From Utricularia gibba (Eukaryota > Plantae > Magnoliophyta): DNA of 64,000 bases. The stretch covers positions 6,882,001 through 6,946,000 of the forward strand of contig CM007989.1 of NCBI GenBank assembly GCA_002189035.1. The letters run 5' to 3'. Positions 36,348-50,456 of this stretch are shown one piece after another (positions within the stretch are counted from its first letter, which is position 1; each line of letters opens with the position of its first letter). The translations under genes were made by a program, and so were the position numbers. The notes below the pieces were generated by a model. That model worked only from the letters and a program-made list of their open reading frames with translations. It had not been told where the DNA came from and did no database searches.

Positions 36348-38063
36348 ATGGCTGCCTGCTCATCTACCTTGCTTCTGAACCCCAGGATTCATAGATCTTC
36401 TTCAAGTTCTACTTCGAAGGTCAGTGCGCCGAACATGGTGTCCACCACCGTTCACTGCCCACTTCAAGCTCACTCTCCTGCGATTGCTCTTCCGCCGCCG
36501 CCGCAGCCTCTGGCTCAGTCTTTCAATTGGAACTTCCTTCAATCGGCGGCGGCTATGGCGCTAGACGCCGTTGAGAAAGCTATAACCGCGGCTGATCTCG
36601 AGCAGCCGCTACCGAAAACTGCCGACCCGAGGGTTCAAATTGCTGGGAATTTCTCTCCGGTGCCGGAACAGCCTGTCCGCCGATCGCTTCCGGTGGTTGG
36701 AAGAATACCGGATTCGATTAACGGTGTTTATGTCAGAAACGGGGCGAACCCACTGTATGAACCACTCGCCGGCCATCACTTCTTCGACGGTGACGGCATG
36801 ATCCATGCCGTGAAATTCGAAAATGGGTCCGCGAGCTACGCCTGCAGGTTCACTGAAACCAGCAGATTGGTTCAGGAACGCGCCCTCGGCCGGCCGATTT
36901 TCCCGAAAGCAATCGGGGAACTTCACGGCCATTGCGGCATAGCCCGGCTTCTACTTTTCTACGCCCGCAGCGCATTTAAACTCTTGAATCACAGCGACGG
37001 CTCCGGGGTCGCCAACGCCGGTTTAGTTTATTTCAACCGGCGGTTACTTGCCATGTCCGAAGACGACTTGCCCTACCACGTCCGAGTGACCGCCGACGGC
37101 GACCTTAAAACCGTCGAACGATACGATTTCAATGGGAAACTGAAGAACACAATGATCGCACACCCAAAGCTTGACCCAGAGAGCGGCGAGCTCTTTGCTC
37201 TGAGCTACGACGTTATCAACAAACCTTATTTGAAGTATTTCAGATTCTCGAAAACAGGGGAGAAGTCAGATGACATTGAAATCCCTGTATCTGAGCCAAC
37301 AATGATGCACGATTTCGCGATCAGTGAGAACTTTGTGATAATCCCAGATCAACAAGTTGTGTTCAAGGCGTCAGAGATGATCAGAGGAGGCTCCCCGGTG
37401 GTCTACGACAAGAACAAAGTTTCCAGATTTGGGGTGCTGAACAAGTATGCGACTGATGCCGATAGCATAAAATGGATTGAAGTTCCAGAGTGCTTCTGCT
37501 TCCATCTCTGGAACTCATGGGAAGAGCCTGAAACCGACGAAATCGTTGTAATTGGATCATGCATGACTCCCCCGGACTCCATTTTCAACGAGCACCAAGA
37601 ACAATTAAAGTCAGTTCTATCAGAAATCCGGCTAAATCTCAAAACAGGGGAGTCAAGAAGAAGACCCATAATCTCAGAGCACGATCAAGTCAATCTGGAA
37701 GCTGGAATGGTGAACCGCAACAAGCTCGGCAGAAAAACGCGCTATGCGTATTTAGCCATCGCAGAGCCATGGCCCAGAGTCTCTGGTTTCGCGAAAGTGG
37801 ATCTTTTCACCGGAGAAGTGAGGAAGTATTTTCACGGGGAGGACAGTTACGGCGGCGAGCCATTATTTTTGCCTACGGGGGAGGAGGAGGACGCCGGGTA
37901 CGTGCTCACTTTCGTGCACGAGGAGAAGACGGGGAAATCGGAGATGAGAATTGTGAATGCGGCCACGCTGGAATTGGAGGCCTCCGTTAAGCTTCCGTCG
38001 AGAGTTCCCTACGGGTTTCACGGAACTTTTATCAGTTCCCAGGATTTGGAAACTCAAGCGTGA
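36348..38063 (+). CDS. NCED3: 9-cis-epoxycarotenoid dioxygenase (NCED3/NCED1-type), intronless, 571 aa
   Basis: Plastid transit-like N-terminus, [31 protein letters not shown], and iron-ligand His motifs MIAHPK, MMHDF, CFHLWN and PYGFHG. Confidence 0.96.
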   Translation: MAACSSTLLLNPRIHRSSSSSTSKVSAPNMVSTTVHCPLQAHSPAIALPPPPQPLAQSFNWNFLQSAAAMALDAVEKAITAADLEQPLPKTADPRVQIAGNFSPVPEQPVRRSLPVVGRIPDSINGVYVRNGANPLYEPLAGHHFFDGDGMIHAVKFENGSASYACRFTETSRLVQERALGRPIFPKAIGELHGHCGIARLLLFYARSAFKLLNHSDGSGVANAGLVYFNRRLLAMSEDDLPYHVRVTADGDLKTVERYDFNGKLKNTMIAHPKLDPESGELFALSYDVINKPYLKYFRFSKTGEKSDDIEIPVSEPTMMHDFAISENFVIIPDQQVVFKASEMIRGGSPVVYDKNKVSRFGVLNKYATDADSIKWIEVPECFCFHLWNSWEEPETDEIVVIGSCMTPPDSIFNEHQEQLKSVLSEIRLNLKTGESRRRPIISEHDQVNLEAGMVNRNKLGRKTRYAYLAIAEPWPRVSGFAKVDLFTGEVRKYFHGEDSYGGEPLFLPTGEEEDAGYVLTFVHEEKTGKSEMRIVNAATLELEASVKLPSRVPYGFHGTFISSQDLETQA

Positions 38064-39111
38064 CAGCTCCGTGTACGGAAGGTTCGCTAGGAAATTTTGC
38101 GGCGGAGGACCGCCGGAGAAAGCAACACGTGTAACGACTGACTGTCAATGAGAAATGTAAATCCTGCATTTAGATAAATTCTAAGCAAAAAAAATTAAAA
38201 TCGAAAAATCCCATATTGGTTTATTTATCCTAATGTCACAATTCAAACTGATACTATTCATTTCGAATATTCAATTTTCACAATTTTACGTTTTCTATTT
38301 TTGATGAAAAAATAAGAAAATTTTTATATTTAAATACATTTATTCTACATGACTAACTAATATAGGATATTGTTCTAAAATTTTGCCCAATCAAATTTAT
38401 CATTGGAATTTAATGCAACGACGTAATTGGAAGTGACTTAATTACCTATTAATTTGCTCTTTAATAAATGTATTTGCATTAATTTATACAATTAACTTTA
38501 AAAAACATGATTATATTTTTTAAAAAATATTATTAAGGATTGATTCTTTGATATAAAATTTATAATTAAATTTATATGTAATTTTACTAAAATGGCATAA
38601 TTATATGAAATGTTTTTTGAAATAAAAAATTAATATTGTACTTTATCATTGTGAATTAATTAAACTAACATAATAACTAGATTTGTGTTTGACCTTGTAT
38701 AAGGGATTAAATAAAAAGAATTTTTAATTCATATTATTAAATATAAATACTTATTAAATAAGTAATTAAAATATATTATTTAATATAAATGAAACTTTTA
38801 TATCTTACAAAATATATTTAATTAGAAAGAAAATATTATATGGTGTTGAGCATCAATCACTTTGTTCATTTTTTACACGTGGGCTAACGACAATTTCTTG
38901 GTATTTATGTCTGATTAAATGCAAGGATTTGTGTAGGGTTAACATTTAATCACCCATTTAGCCCTTGTGAATTGGATGCTTTTTTGAGAAGAGGCACGTG
39001 CCCTAAGGGAAGTTTTACGAGACAAGGGCCCCATTTGGTGTCCCGGAGGGTACTTATGTAATTCAGTAATCAAAAGAGTACGGCAAGCGCCCTTCAATCT
39101 CAGCCGTTGGT

Positions 39112-41019
<1,908 letters not shown>

Positions 41020-42160
41020 CTTGATTCTTCTTCTCCAGAACCCTGATCAGCGTTGGGTTTTCAGTAAGAACGCTAAAATCACAGAGAACAAAGAGAACAC
41101 CATCTGGGCTTAAATTCTGAAGACGAAGCTGGTAGTGATGAAAACTACAACCTTGATTTTGCACAGAATTTCCAACACTAGGATCCTTTCTATATGGGAG
41201 AAGTAGGAAGAAGAAGCAAGGAAGAGAAGAGAGAGCAAACCTGGAAAACGATGAAGATGGGGGAGGATCAAGACGAACAAATGGCAGAAGTTGTGTTATA
41301 GTGTTGCACAGTGTATCATCATTTTGCTGTGGATAAGTGTACTAAAAAACAAACAATCCCACCAAGAAAACTGGAAACAAGACAAACTGAAAGATGGGGT
41401 TTTGGCGGATAGAATTCATCCAAAGCAAGCAATCGGCGGCCCCCTCTCTACCACAAGCCTCGTGTGTGTCTCTCCTCCACCCTTGCTTTATCCAAAACGT
41501 CTCGGACATCAATTTGATAGAACAAAACCATGTTGCCTGAACATGAATTATTGTCCTAACTTATCCTTTACTATTCATGCAATACCTGTTTAGTTTAAGA
41601 CATGTGAGATCATCTCTCTTTTACATGGATTAGCTCTTCTGTATTTGATAGATAGTGAAATATTGAAATACAATTATGTATCAAAAAAACATTTCTTCAA
41701 ATAAATTTAATACAATGGGGTAGTAAGATTTCATAATTACATGCATTTTAAAAAATAAAAATGCATTATAAAAGTGGCCACTATATTTTGAGTATGTTAC
41801 AAAAATGATCATTTTTTATGTAAAAATTTGTTATTAGTGTATGAGAAATAAAGATAAAATGATCATTTTTGTAAAAGATCCAAAAAATAGTCATACTAAA
41901 AAGTTAGTGTTCATGAAAATAAAACTCAATTCCTATGTTATTTACAAAATTGACCATTCATCATTTCTCTATTTCATGGTATGATAAAAAAAAATTAATA
42001 CTGAAATTGCAGTATTAAAAATAATGTTGTTAATACAAATTTATTTTTCTCACCAATTATCAAAAAATATTGATTTTAAATTTATTTGATTTATTTGAAT
42101 AATATCTATTCAATTTAAAATTGTTCGCTGGTCATCAGCTGGACGCGCTATTTTTTGGGG

Positions 42161-42724
42161 ATGTTCCAATGTAATAAGGGTTTGCTCGGTTCGTTTGTGG
42201 TTTGGGGATTTCTGGCTAATCAGTCTTGGATTCTGGTGGTTTTCTTGACCGCAAGACATGGAAGTAGACCCGAGAGTTCGAGATGGCAGGGAAAATCGAC
42301 GGTGGAGCTGCGCAGCGCCACTGCGGATTTCGTGTGGTCGGTGTTACAGGATTTCTTCGGCATCCACGAATGGCTACCCTCGATCGACACTTGTTCGAGG
42401 GTCGAAGGTGGCGGAACAGTCCGCTACTGCGCCAAGACGCAGATGCCGGATTCCGAGGTGAAATGGTGCCACGAAGAGCTGGTGTCGATGGATCCGACCG
42501 GTAGGCGGTTGCAATATCGAGTGGTGGAGAACAACATGGACCTTAGAAATTATGAGGCGTCGATGAGGGTGATGGAACTCGACGGCGTTGGCTGCCGGAT
42601 TGAGTGGTCGTTCTCGTCGGATCCTGTGGAGGGGATGAAGTGCGAGGACTTGGTTAATTACCTTGAGGTCTGTCTACGGGGTCTGGCTACCAACATTGAA
42701 ACAGTATTTGAAAGGACTCCCTAG
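42161..42724 (+). CDS. START/Bet v1-fold polyketide cyclase/dehydrase-like protein (lachrymatory-factor-synthase-like); start ambiguous because the ATG at 42258 is out of frame
   Basis: WQGKSTVEL...VWSVLQDFFGIHEWLPSIDTC...GTVRYC...WCHEELVSMDP...RIEWSFSSDPVEG. The only in-frame ATG upstream is at 42161. Confidence 0.7.
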   Translation: MFQCNKGLLGSFVVWGFLANQSWILVVFLTARHGSRPESSRWQGKSTVELRSATADFVWSVLQDFFGIHEWLPSIDTCSRVEGGGTVRYCAKTQMPDSEVKWCHEELVSMDPTGRRLQYRVVENNMDLRNYEASMRVMELDGVGCRIEWSFSSDPVEGMKCEDLVNYLEVCLRGLATNIETVFERTP

Positions 42725-42891
42725 TAATTTCTATCATAATTAACAGATAGCAGGTACGTTGTTGAAGTGGCCCGACCCGGATACCCGAAATCCATTGATG
42801 AAACCAGTGGTATAAGCGGTGGGATTGGTTTTGATTCTCTTGTTGAAGAGTAACGCGATTGTTTCTGTGAGCACCAGTTGACTTAACTGTC

Positions 42892-45781
42892 ATGGAGGAG
42901 GGGGAGCCGCCGGAGTGCCCGGTGTGTCTGCAGCCGTACGACGCCGGGACGGTTATCCCACGCGTACTCGCCTGCGGCCATACTACTTGTGAGGTTTGCC
43001 TGAAGCAGCTCCCGAATCCATTTCCAAACACAATCCGATGCTGCGTCTGCATCGCCCTCGTGAGATGCCCGAATCCTCCTTCTTCCCTACCCAAGAACCT
43101 TGATCTTCTTCACTTCTCGTCCACCCTCCGAGGCCATCGGTCGAATGATCATACGGTACCAAGGAACAATAGGGATGATCAGGTTCCATTTCCTTTTACT
43201 CTCAAGCCGCGGTCGCCTGAGATTTCTAGAAAATGGAGCAAGTGGATTATTCCGAGAGATTGGGTTTCAATCGAGGGTCCGACTGAGGAGGAGAATGCCG
43301 ATGTAATATCTGGGCGGGCTTCCAAGTCGTATGAGAATAGTGGTTTTACGGAGAAACAAGTGTTGGGTCTTGTTAAAGTTGGGATCTATCCTAAGGAGAA
43401 TAATCCAGCTTCTAGCTTTCTGAGCTACGGTTACGAGTTTCGAATTATGGTCGTTCTGTCTGCCATGGGAGAGGAGAAGCGAAGAAAATTGGAAAAAATC
43501 TTAAATGCGGGTCTTAGAGTAAATAATGCGGGAAGAGCTAGTGGTCTCTGGTTTAACGAGGATAACGGGTGTGTCTACATAATCTTCCCGAAGGTGGATT
43601 CTTCCAAACTGATTGATAGGGTTGGCGCAGAAAAACCAACCGATGAAAACAACTTGAGTGCCGATGAGATGCGAGGTATGGCGATTATTTGTATGGAGGT
43701 ATGTGAAATTTTCTGCTTCTTGCACGATGATGGATTCGTAGTTGGTTCTTGGAATCTGAGTTGTTTGAGTTTCAACCACTTTGGTCATGTTGGTCTCAAC
43801 TTGTTTGAAGTTTTTAGTGCTGGAAAAGAATTAGTCATGGTCTTTCAAAAAACTCGACAAAATTTGGTTGATGACTGTAAGAGTAGGTTTCTGGATGAAC
43901 ATTTCGTCTTTATCAGCCCCGAGTTGTTGAGGCGGTATCTTGCCAGACCTGGATCAGATTCGGATGGGGGTAAGTCTGAATACGAAGTTGGATATGCTTC
44001 AGATACATGGACTGTAGCATGTTTACTTTCTTGGCTCCTTGTTGGAAACTCGTGCATAGAAGTGTTTAGATCCTTCTTGCATTCATCTATCCTTTCTTTA
44101 CATGACGAGTTTGATTTTTCCTCTGTTTACATGAGTACACTGGAGAAAATCTCATCAATGTTAGACTTTAGGCTTGGTTCAGAATTTAGCTTTCTCAAGG
44201 AGATGTTGCTTAGATGTTTGGATATCAACCCTCATAATCGACTTGCCTTACCTGATCTATGGAAAAGCTTGCGAGGAATCGTGATTGAACCTCAATTTGA
44301 TATCGGTCAACACCTGAGGCAGGAGGCAAAGGAGAAGGCTTCAGGCCCATTTGTAATACTTGGTGACCCATGTTGGATTAACGATGAAACAGGAAAGGAT
44401 TCAATGGGTGGACGTCTTGAGAGGGATGAAAACCGTGAGCTGCAGATCGAAGGTGATTTAGATGTACCTGTGCGCAACTTCAAATGTACGGAGCTCAAGG
44501 GTCATCTTGATTGTGTCACTGGATTGGTAATCAGAGGTATGATGGCATGCTTACTGTAGAATAGTCACCAAGGAGAGATCCAGAAGTTGATTTTCGGGGT
44601 TTTATTATATCCTCTCTATCTTTGATGTCTGTTAATTTTTCATGCGCAGATGGCCTCCTCTTCAGCTCCTCCTATGATAAGACTGTCAAAGTTTGGTCAC
44701 TAGAGGTACGCACTCGGGCATTGTGAAGTGGTTGCCATTTGTGATATTCTCTGGGATACGGTATCTGCTGAACTCACGTTATTTGAACAGAATTTTACGT
44801 GCATGCACTCATTTAAAGGCCATGAGCATCGGGTTATGGCCCTTGTTTCTGTGAATGGGTTCTGCATCAGTGGTGATTATAAAGGCTTCATATGCATTTG
44901 GAAAGCGGAGTCCCCTTTTTCAGAGTCACCCATAGTGAAATTAGACGAGAAAGCAGATTGGCGATACAGTGGCATCCATGCAATGGCCGTTTCTGAAAGG
45001 GAGTACCTGTACACTGGTGGGGGTGACAGATTGGTGAAGGCTTGGTCACTTGAGGTACACACAGAGACTCCCAAGCTCTAAAGGACACCCTACCAGCAGG
45101 CACATTGTTGATCTTATTTTTTTGTAGGACTACTCGCTCTCCTGCACGATGAGCGGTCACAAGGGAACGGTCACGTCCTTGGCAGTTTGGGGTGGTACTC
45201 TTTATAGTGCCAGTATGGACGGAACAATCCGGTTGTGGTCCCTGGTTGATCACAGTAATTTGGCAGTGCTCGAGGACGCCATGCCTATTTCTTCCATTTT
45301 TGCGGAGGAAAGCTTCCTGGTTGCTGGGCTCGAGAACGGCATGGTAAAGGTAGGACGTCATTTGTTGAAGAGTGTGTGTGTGTGTGTGAGTGAGCAGGAC
45401 TGAGAGGGCGTGCGCTGGTTTGCTTGCCAGGTGTGGCGTGATAGAAGTGTGGTGGAGCAGAGGCATATTCACAAAGGTAGGGTGTTCTCGGTGTTGAAGA
45501 AGGGAAGGTTTCTGGTGAGTGGGGGCTTGGACAAGGTTGTCAAGGTGCAGGTAAACAAACATCCCTCTTCCCATTATTCGCATTGTGACTCGAAGCCTGC
45601 CTGAAACACAGCAAACTTTGCTCAGGAAATGCCTGAAGAAGGTGAAGGTGAGGAGGAGGTGGAGTCGCGGGCCCTGGGCTCTGTCCACTTCGACTCCACA
45701 GTAACAGCTCTGGCTTACGCCCAGGAGAAGCTCTGCGTGGCCCACGCCAACGGAGTAGTAACGCTGTTGTGGCCATGGTGA
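42892..45781 (+). CDS. RING finger + degenerate kinase-like domain + WD40 repeat protein (At1g21651-like); exons 42892-44536, 44650-44705, 44791-45054, 45128-45349, 45431-45550, 45626-45781
   Basis: CPVC...CGHTTC..C RING followed by LPKNLDLL. The kinase-like middle has SPELL, SDTWTVAC and RCLDINPHNR but no HRD or DFG. WD repeats include LKGHLDCVTGL, FKGHEHRV and MSGHKGTVTSL. Confidence 0.85.
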
Positions 45782-46037
45782 TGCCACTAAAAACACCATC
45801 AGCTTCAGAACCAGGAGGCCTCATCCCCCACCTGAAACTCGACTGCCTCGCAGCATTTGCCTGGCTCCGGCGGGGCGGATGCCATTATTTTATGTTCAGT
45901 AGATGCTCCTCTTCGTCGGATGTAGAAGAAAAGAATAAAAAACGAAATGGAAAAGGTATTAACTGTTTAGGACATATCATCTTGCCGCCTGCAACTGCAT
46001 TTTCTGATACCATACCTGCTCTGCTCTAACCAAAGCC

Positions 46038-47495
46038 ATGAGGAGGAGGCACAAGATTCCTATTCATTATCACCATCGTGTTCTTCTTCGCTTCATGGGC
46101 TTCTCTGCACTCTTTCTCGTCTTGCTCTTCTCCACCGCCGTTGCCGCGGAGGATGACGTCAGTTGCTTGAAGCAATTTAGGACATCGTTGGCTGATCCGG
46201 AGGGGTTTATGAGTTCATGGAACTTCGTCAATTCAATGGTTGGATTCATATGCCGGTTCGCCGGCGTCACTTTTGAGAATCGAGTCCTAGGGCTTCCATT
46301 CCAGATTCGTTTCAGCTAGGCCACACTATGCAGACCTTGAACCTCGCCGGGAACTCTCTCTGGTTCCATTCCTTCTCAAATCTGCACATGGCTGCCGTAT
46401 TTGGTCGACCTTGATCTGTCGCGGAATAGTTTCACCGGTGAAATACCGGAAGATCTAGCCAACTGCTCCAATCTGAGTACCTTGATCTTGGATGATAATA
46501 GAATTTCTGGGAGTATTCCCTATTCCCTACCAGTTATCCAATTTAGGGAGGTTGAGAACTTTGTCTGTGGCTAAAAATGATTTAGCTGGGAGGATTCCTA
46601 CCTTCAGCCACAGCGTGCAGCTTAACTCTGTTGGTAATCATGGGCTATGTGGGGGGTCCTTGGGGAGATGTGGTGGACTGAGTAGGAGGAATTTGATTGT
46701 TACCTTAGCATCAGGTGTTTTTTGTGCTGCTGCTTCGTTGTCTCTTGGGTTTGTTTTGTGGTGGTTCTACCAAGAGAGGCTACGGAATTGGTAAAAAGGA
46801 TGATGGGAGTGGATGGGTTGGGTTCTGAAGGCGAACAGGCTTACACAGGTTGTGCTGTTTCAGAAGCCACTTTTAAAGGTTGAAGTGACTGATTTGTTTG
46901 CTGCAACAAACAGCTTTGGCCACAAAAGCGTTGTTTCTTTCTATCATTTGGGGATAACCTGCAAGGCTGAGCTTCCTGATGGATCTGCATTGGCAGTTAA
47001 GCGGCTGGATGATTGTAAAAATGGGGGAGAGGCTGCATGCTTAATATGGAAATGAATCTGTTGGGACAAGTGAGACATCCAAACTTGTGTTGGGGTCTTG
47101 CTTGGTGGAAGATGAGAAGCTTTTGGTGTATAAATACATCCCGAATGGCACCCTCAATTCCATGATGAGGAACAATGCCGCACTTTTGGATTGGGCAACA
47201 AGGTTGAGGATTGCACGAGGACTGGCTTGGCTTCTCCATGGTCGCCATCCTCACATTCTGCATCACAGCATTTACTCCGATGTGATTCTCCTAGTTGAAG
47301 ACATGGACGCCACAGTGATGGACTTCGGTTTAGCCACACCCATGACTGCAACGGAGTCCACTGAGAGCAACCCGCCGGTAAAAGGGAACCATGGTGAAGT
47401 TCCCGAGTACCCAAGCACCATGGCTGCTTCTGCCAAAGGGCATTCATTCCTTTGGCTTCGGCCTGAGTTGGCAACTGGTCTAATTATTTGTTGAT
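46038..47495 (+). pseudogene. BIR: BIR-type (BAK1-interacting) inactive LRR-RLK pseudogene
   Basis: Signal peptide, AEDDVSCL and GFICRFAGVT (CWND deleted before ENRV), LRRs, TM segment, and the signature TQVVLFQKPLLKV..TDLFAATNSF and LAVKRL. Stop at 46317-46319, several frameshifts, and a truncated kinase domain. Confidence 0.85.
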
Positions 47496-48327
47496 GTTAG
47501 TGTAATCAATTTAGAATTGTTCATAATTTGTTTAAAATATTTATATTTTTGTTAGTGTTTATATTTTATTTAATCTAGAATATATAGCGAGATTTATCTT
47601 GTGTTTAATTAATATTTAAAATTTATGATAAATATTGTGTTTGTTATATGGTGCTTAACATAAGATAAATTGTTACCAATATGTAAGGAATAAAAAATAT
47701 TATAATCTTAATTCACATAAATTATATTGTAAAATTAAAATATAAATTAATTTTAAAATATACACATAAAAATAAAAAAATTAAAATGTTTTTGAAATTT
47801 GAAATCGTGACCACAAACGCATCGACGGCTGCGACCCACCGATCGCAACCGCAGCAGTTTGTCCCACCCTCTGCATCGCCGGACCTCTCTCCGGGGCTTT
47901 AATTCGAATCCGATATTCCTTCTTCCTTCACCCCCTTCTCCTCAATCCATCATTTTGAAATCAGTTGCTTTATTTCCCTCTTTTGAGGGTGAAGCGAAAG
48001 TCTGTGATTTCGGGGTTCCCAGGGTATTCTGTCTTGTCGCATTCGTGGGATATTTTTAGTTCCTTTGGTTTGTTCGCTGAGTAGCTCAAGTGGGATACTC
48101 GAGAGTTTTGCGTTGTCCCTTCACAAGGCTTTGACTTTCTACGAGACTGTTGATTCAGGTGAGGATACCGTGTGTGGAGTTTATTTTTGATGATTATCAT
48201 CGTAAATTGACCGGGGTTGCGATTAATCAGCTTTTTCGTTGGATATATAAATGGGATCTGGATTTTGCTTAAGTTTCTTGCTTCTGTTGAGGTTGTTTTG
48301 GTGCAGGTGGCGTTCCTTCTGCTTCAG

Positions 48328-49739
48328 ATGTCTGGTGGAAGTTGCTTTTTTGATGATTTGCGGACGAAGTCTGAGATAATCGATCCACCTCAAAACGAGG
48401 AGATTCTTGTTGAGGGAGGACAAGTTAATGATACTGCTGAAAGTTCATTGAAGCGTAATGTGACGATCTCAAGTAATGTTCGTGAGCTGCTTGAATGCCC
48501 AGTTTGCTTGAATGCGATGTATCCTCCTATTCACCAGGTACTATTCATTAGTGCATGATTGAATGTACCATTTTTTTGTGGTCTTCAGCTTCGTTTCATT
48601 GTATTGTGGCTGAATTGTCTTTGGCTGCACTTATCTTCTTTATTGGAATGAAACCTCAAGAAGTTGGCAGTTACATTTTTTGCTGGTTCTCTTTTCCTTT
48701 TTTGGTCTTGTTTTTCTGCTATTGAAATGCCATTTCAGTGTTATATATCTTTGGACTTTCAATTACAATATCCCTCTTTTGATGTCTGTGGTACTCGTAG
48801 ATCAAGGAACTCATTTTCTTGTTGTTTCGAGAAGCCGGATGAGTTTCAACCGTGCCGTATACTAAATCTTTTCTCCATCTATTGAATGTCACCTATGCAG
48901 TGCTCCAATGGCCACACCTTGTGTTCTGGTTGTAAGCCAAGGGTGCACAACCGTTGTCCAACATGTAGGCATGAACTAGGTAATATTCGATGCCTTGCAT
49001 TGGAGAAGGTAGCTGCATCTCTTGATCTGCCTTGCAAGTATCAGAGTTTTGGTTGTACGGGGATATATCCATATTACAGCAAGCTTAAGCATGAATCACA
49101 ATGCAGTTATAGGCCTTACAATTGCCCTTATGCTGGGTCAGAGTGTTCAGTGATTGGCGATATCCCATTTCTTGTGAATCATTTGAAGGATGACCACAAG
49201 GTTGACATGCATAGTGGTTCTACTTTCAATCACCGATATGTGAAATCCAATCCACATGAAGTTGAGAATGCCACTTGGATGCTTACGGTAAACGAATCTT
49301 GTTCAGTCCATGAATCCATTTATCAGTTCTAAGAAGCCTCCATTTTGCAGTAAACAGACATGCAACAGCTCTATCAAGCTGGTTGTGAAATGCTCACCTT
49401 TCCGTCTTTCCGTTGCAGGTCTTCAGCTGCTATGGCCAATACTTCTGCCTCCATTTTGAAGCGTTTCAGCTCGCAATGGCACCTGTCTACATAGCGTTCC
49501 TGCGGTTTATGGGTGACGACAATGAGGCCAAAAACTACAGCTACAGCCTTGAGGTAGGTGGTAATGGGAGGAAGATGGTGTGGCAAGGAGTGCCTAGAAG
49601 CATCAGGGATAGCCATCGTAAGGTTCGTGACAGTTTTGATGGTCTCATCATCCAACGGAACATGGCCCTCTTCTTTTCTGGTGGAGATCGGAAAGAACTA
49701 AAACTCAGAGTCACTGGTAGGATTTGGAAGGAACAGTAA
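48328..49739 (+). CDS. SINAT2: SINA (seven-in-absentia) E3 ubiquitin ligase, SINAT2-like; exons 48328-48537, 48901-49287, 49419-49739
   Basis: RELLECPVCLNAMYPPIHQ|CSNGHTLCSGCKPRVHNRCPTCR RING, TRAF-type zinc fingers, and the substrate-binding end RKELKLRVTGRIWKEQ*. Confidence 0.95.
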
Positions 49740-50019
49740 GGTCATATTTTCAGAACGGAGTCATATGACAGCCTAGGCAAATTCTCATTGTCTGTAATTT
49801 GTGTGCTTGTGAGCCGCATGTTGTAACTGTTGTCTGTGACCGGTATCTGTACCAGTATCTGTTGTCTATTGCTACCAGCCCTTGATGAAAATGCCTGAAG
49901 ATACGTTGTTCAGCACTCTGTTCTTATAGATTGCATCCACAGAGTAACACTCAAGCAGATGCACTTGATATCTGACTTTATTCAACTGCACCCTGCCCTT
50001 TTTTGTCACACCTTTCTTC

Positions 50020-50253
50020 TTCATGAAATCTTCTGTTCATGACGCTATGTCATTGGCCACCTGCCGCACAAGTTCTGAGAACTGCTCTGCTGCATTCTGG
50101 GCTTTCGTCGCTTCATGCATCCGGCTCATCAGAACTGCTTGTCATGAGCATCTATGCCCCATGAAGACTGCCAAGGCACGTAGTGTCTTTCCTTCAGCTT
50201 GCTTCCGCGCCCCTTTTCCGCTTTGGAGTGTAGCCTGGCCCTTCATCAACTAA
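50020..50253 (-). other. Unassigned exon-like, probably pseudogenic fragment between SINA and WTF9
   Basis: A good acceptor (TTTTCACTGTGTTTAG) is followed by coding-like GC-richer sequence. One frame has a single internal TGA and another has an AT-hook-like TPKRKRG. The family was not recognised. Confidence 0.25.
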
Positions 50254-50456
50254 ACACAGTGAAAAGAGGCAAACAGAACTGATAAAAGGATGAACTCCCC
50301 TCAGGTTTGACTGATGGGGCATTTCTTCGAACATATGCTTGGCATGCTGACATTTGGCTTTTTCATATTTAGATTACAATACATTAAATATGGGGAAAAA
50401 TAAGAGCCCTAGCTGGACGAGGGGCGGCGAATCCTTTCCCCACGCCGGCGGGATAA

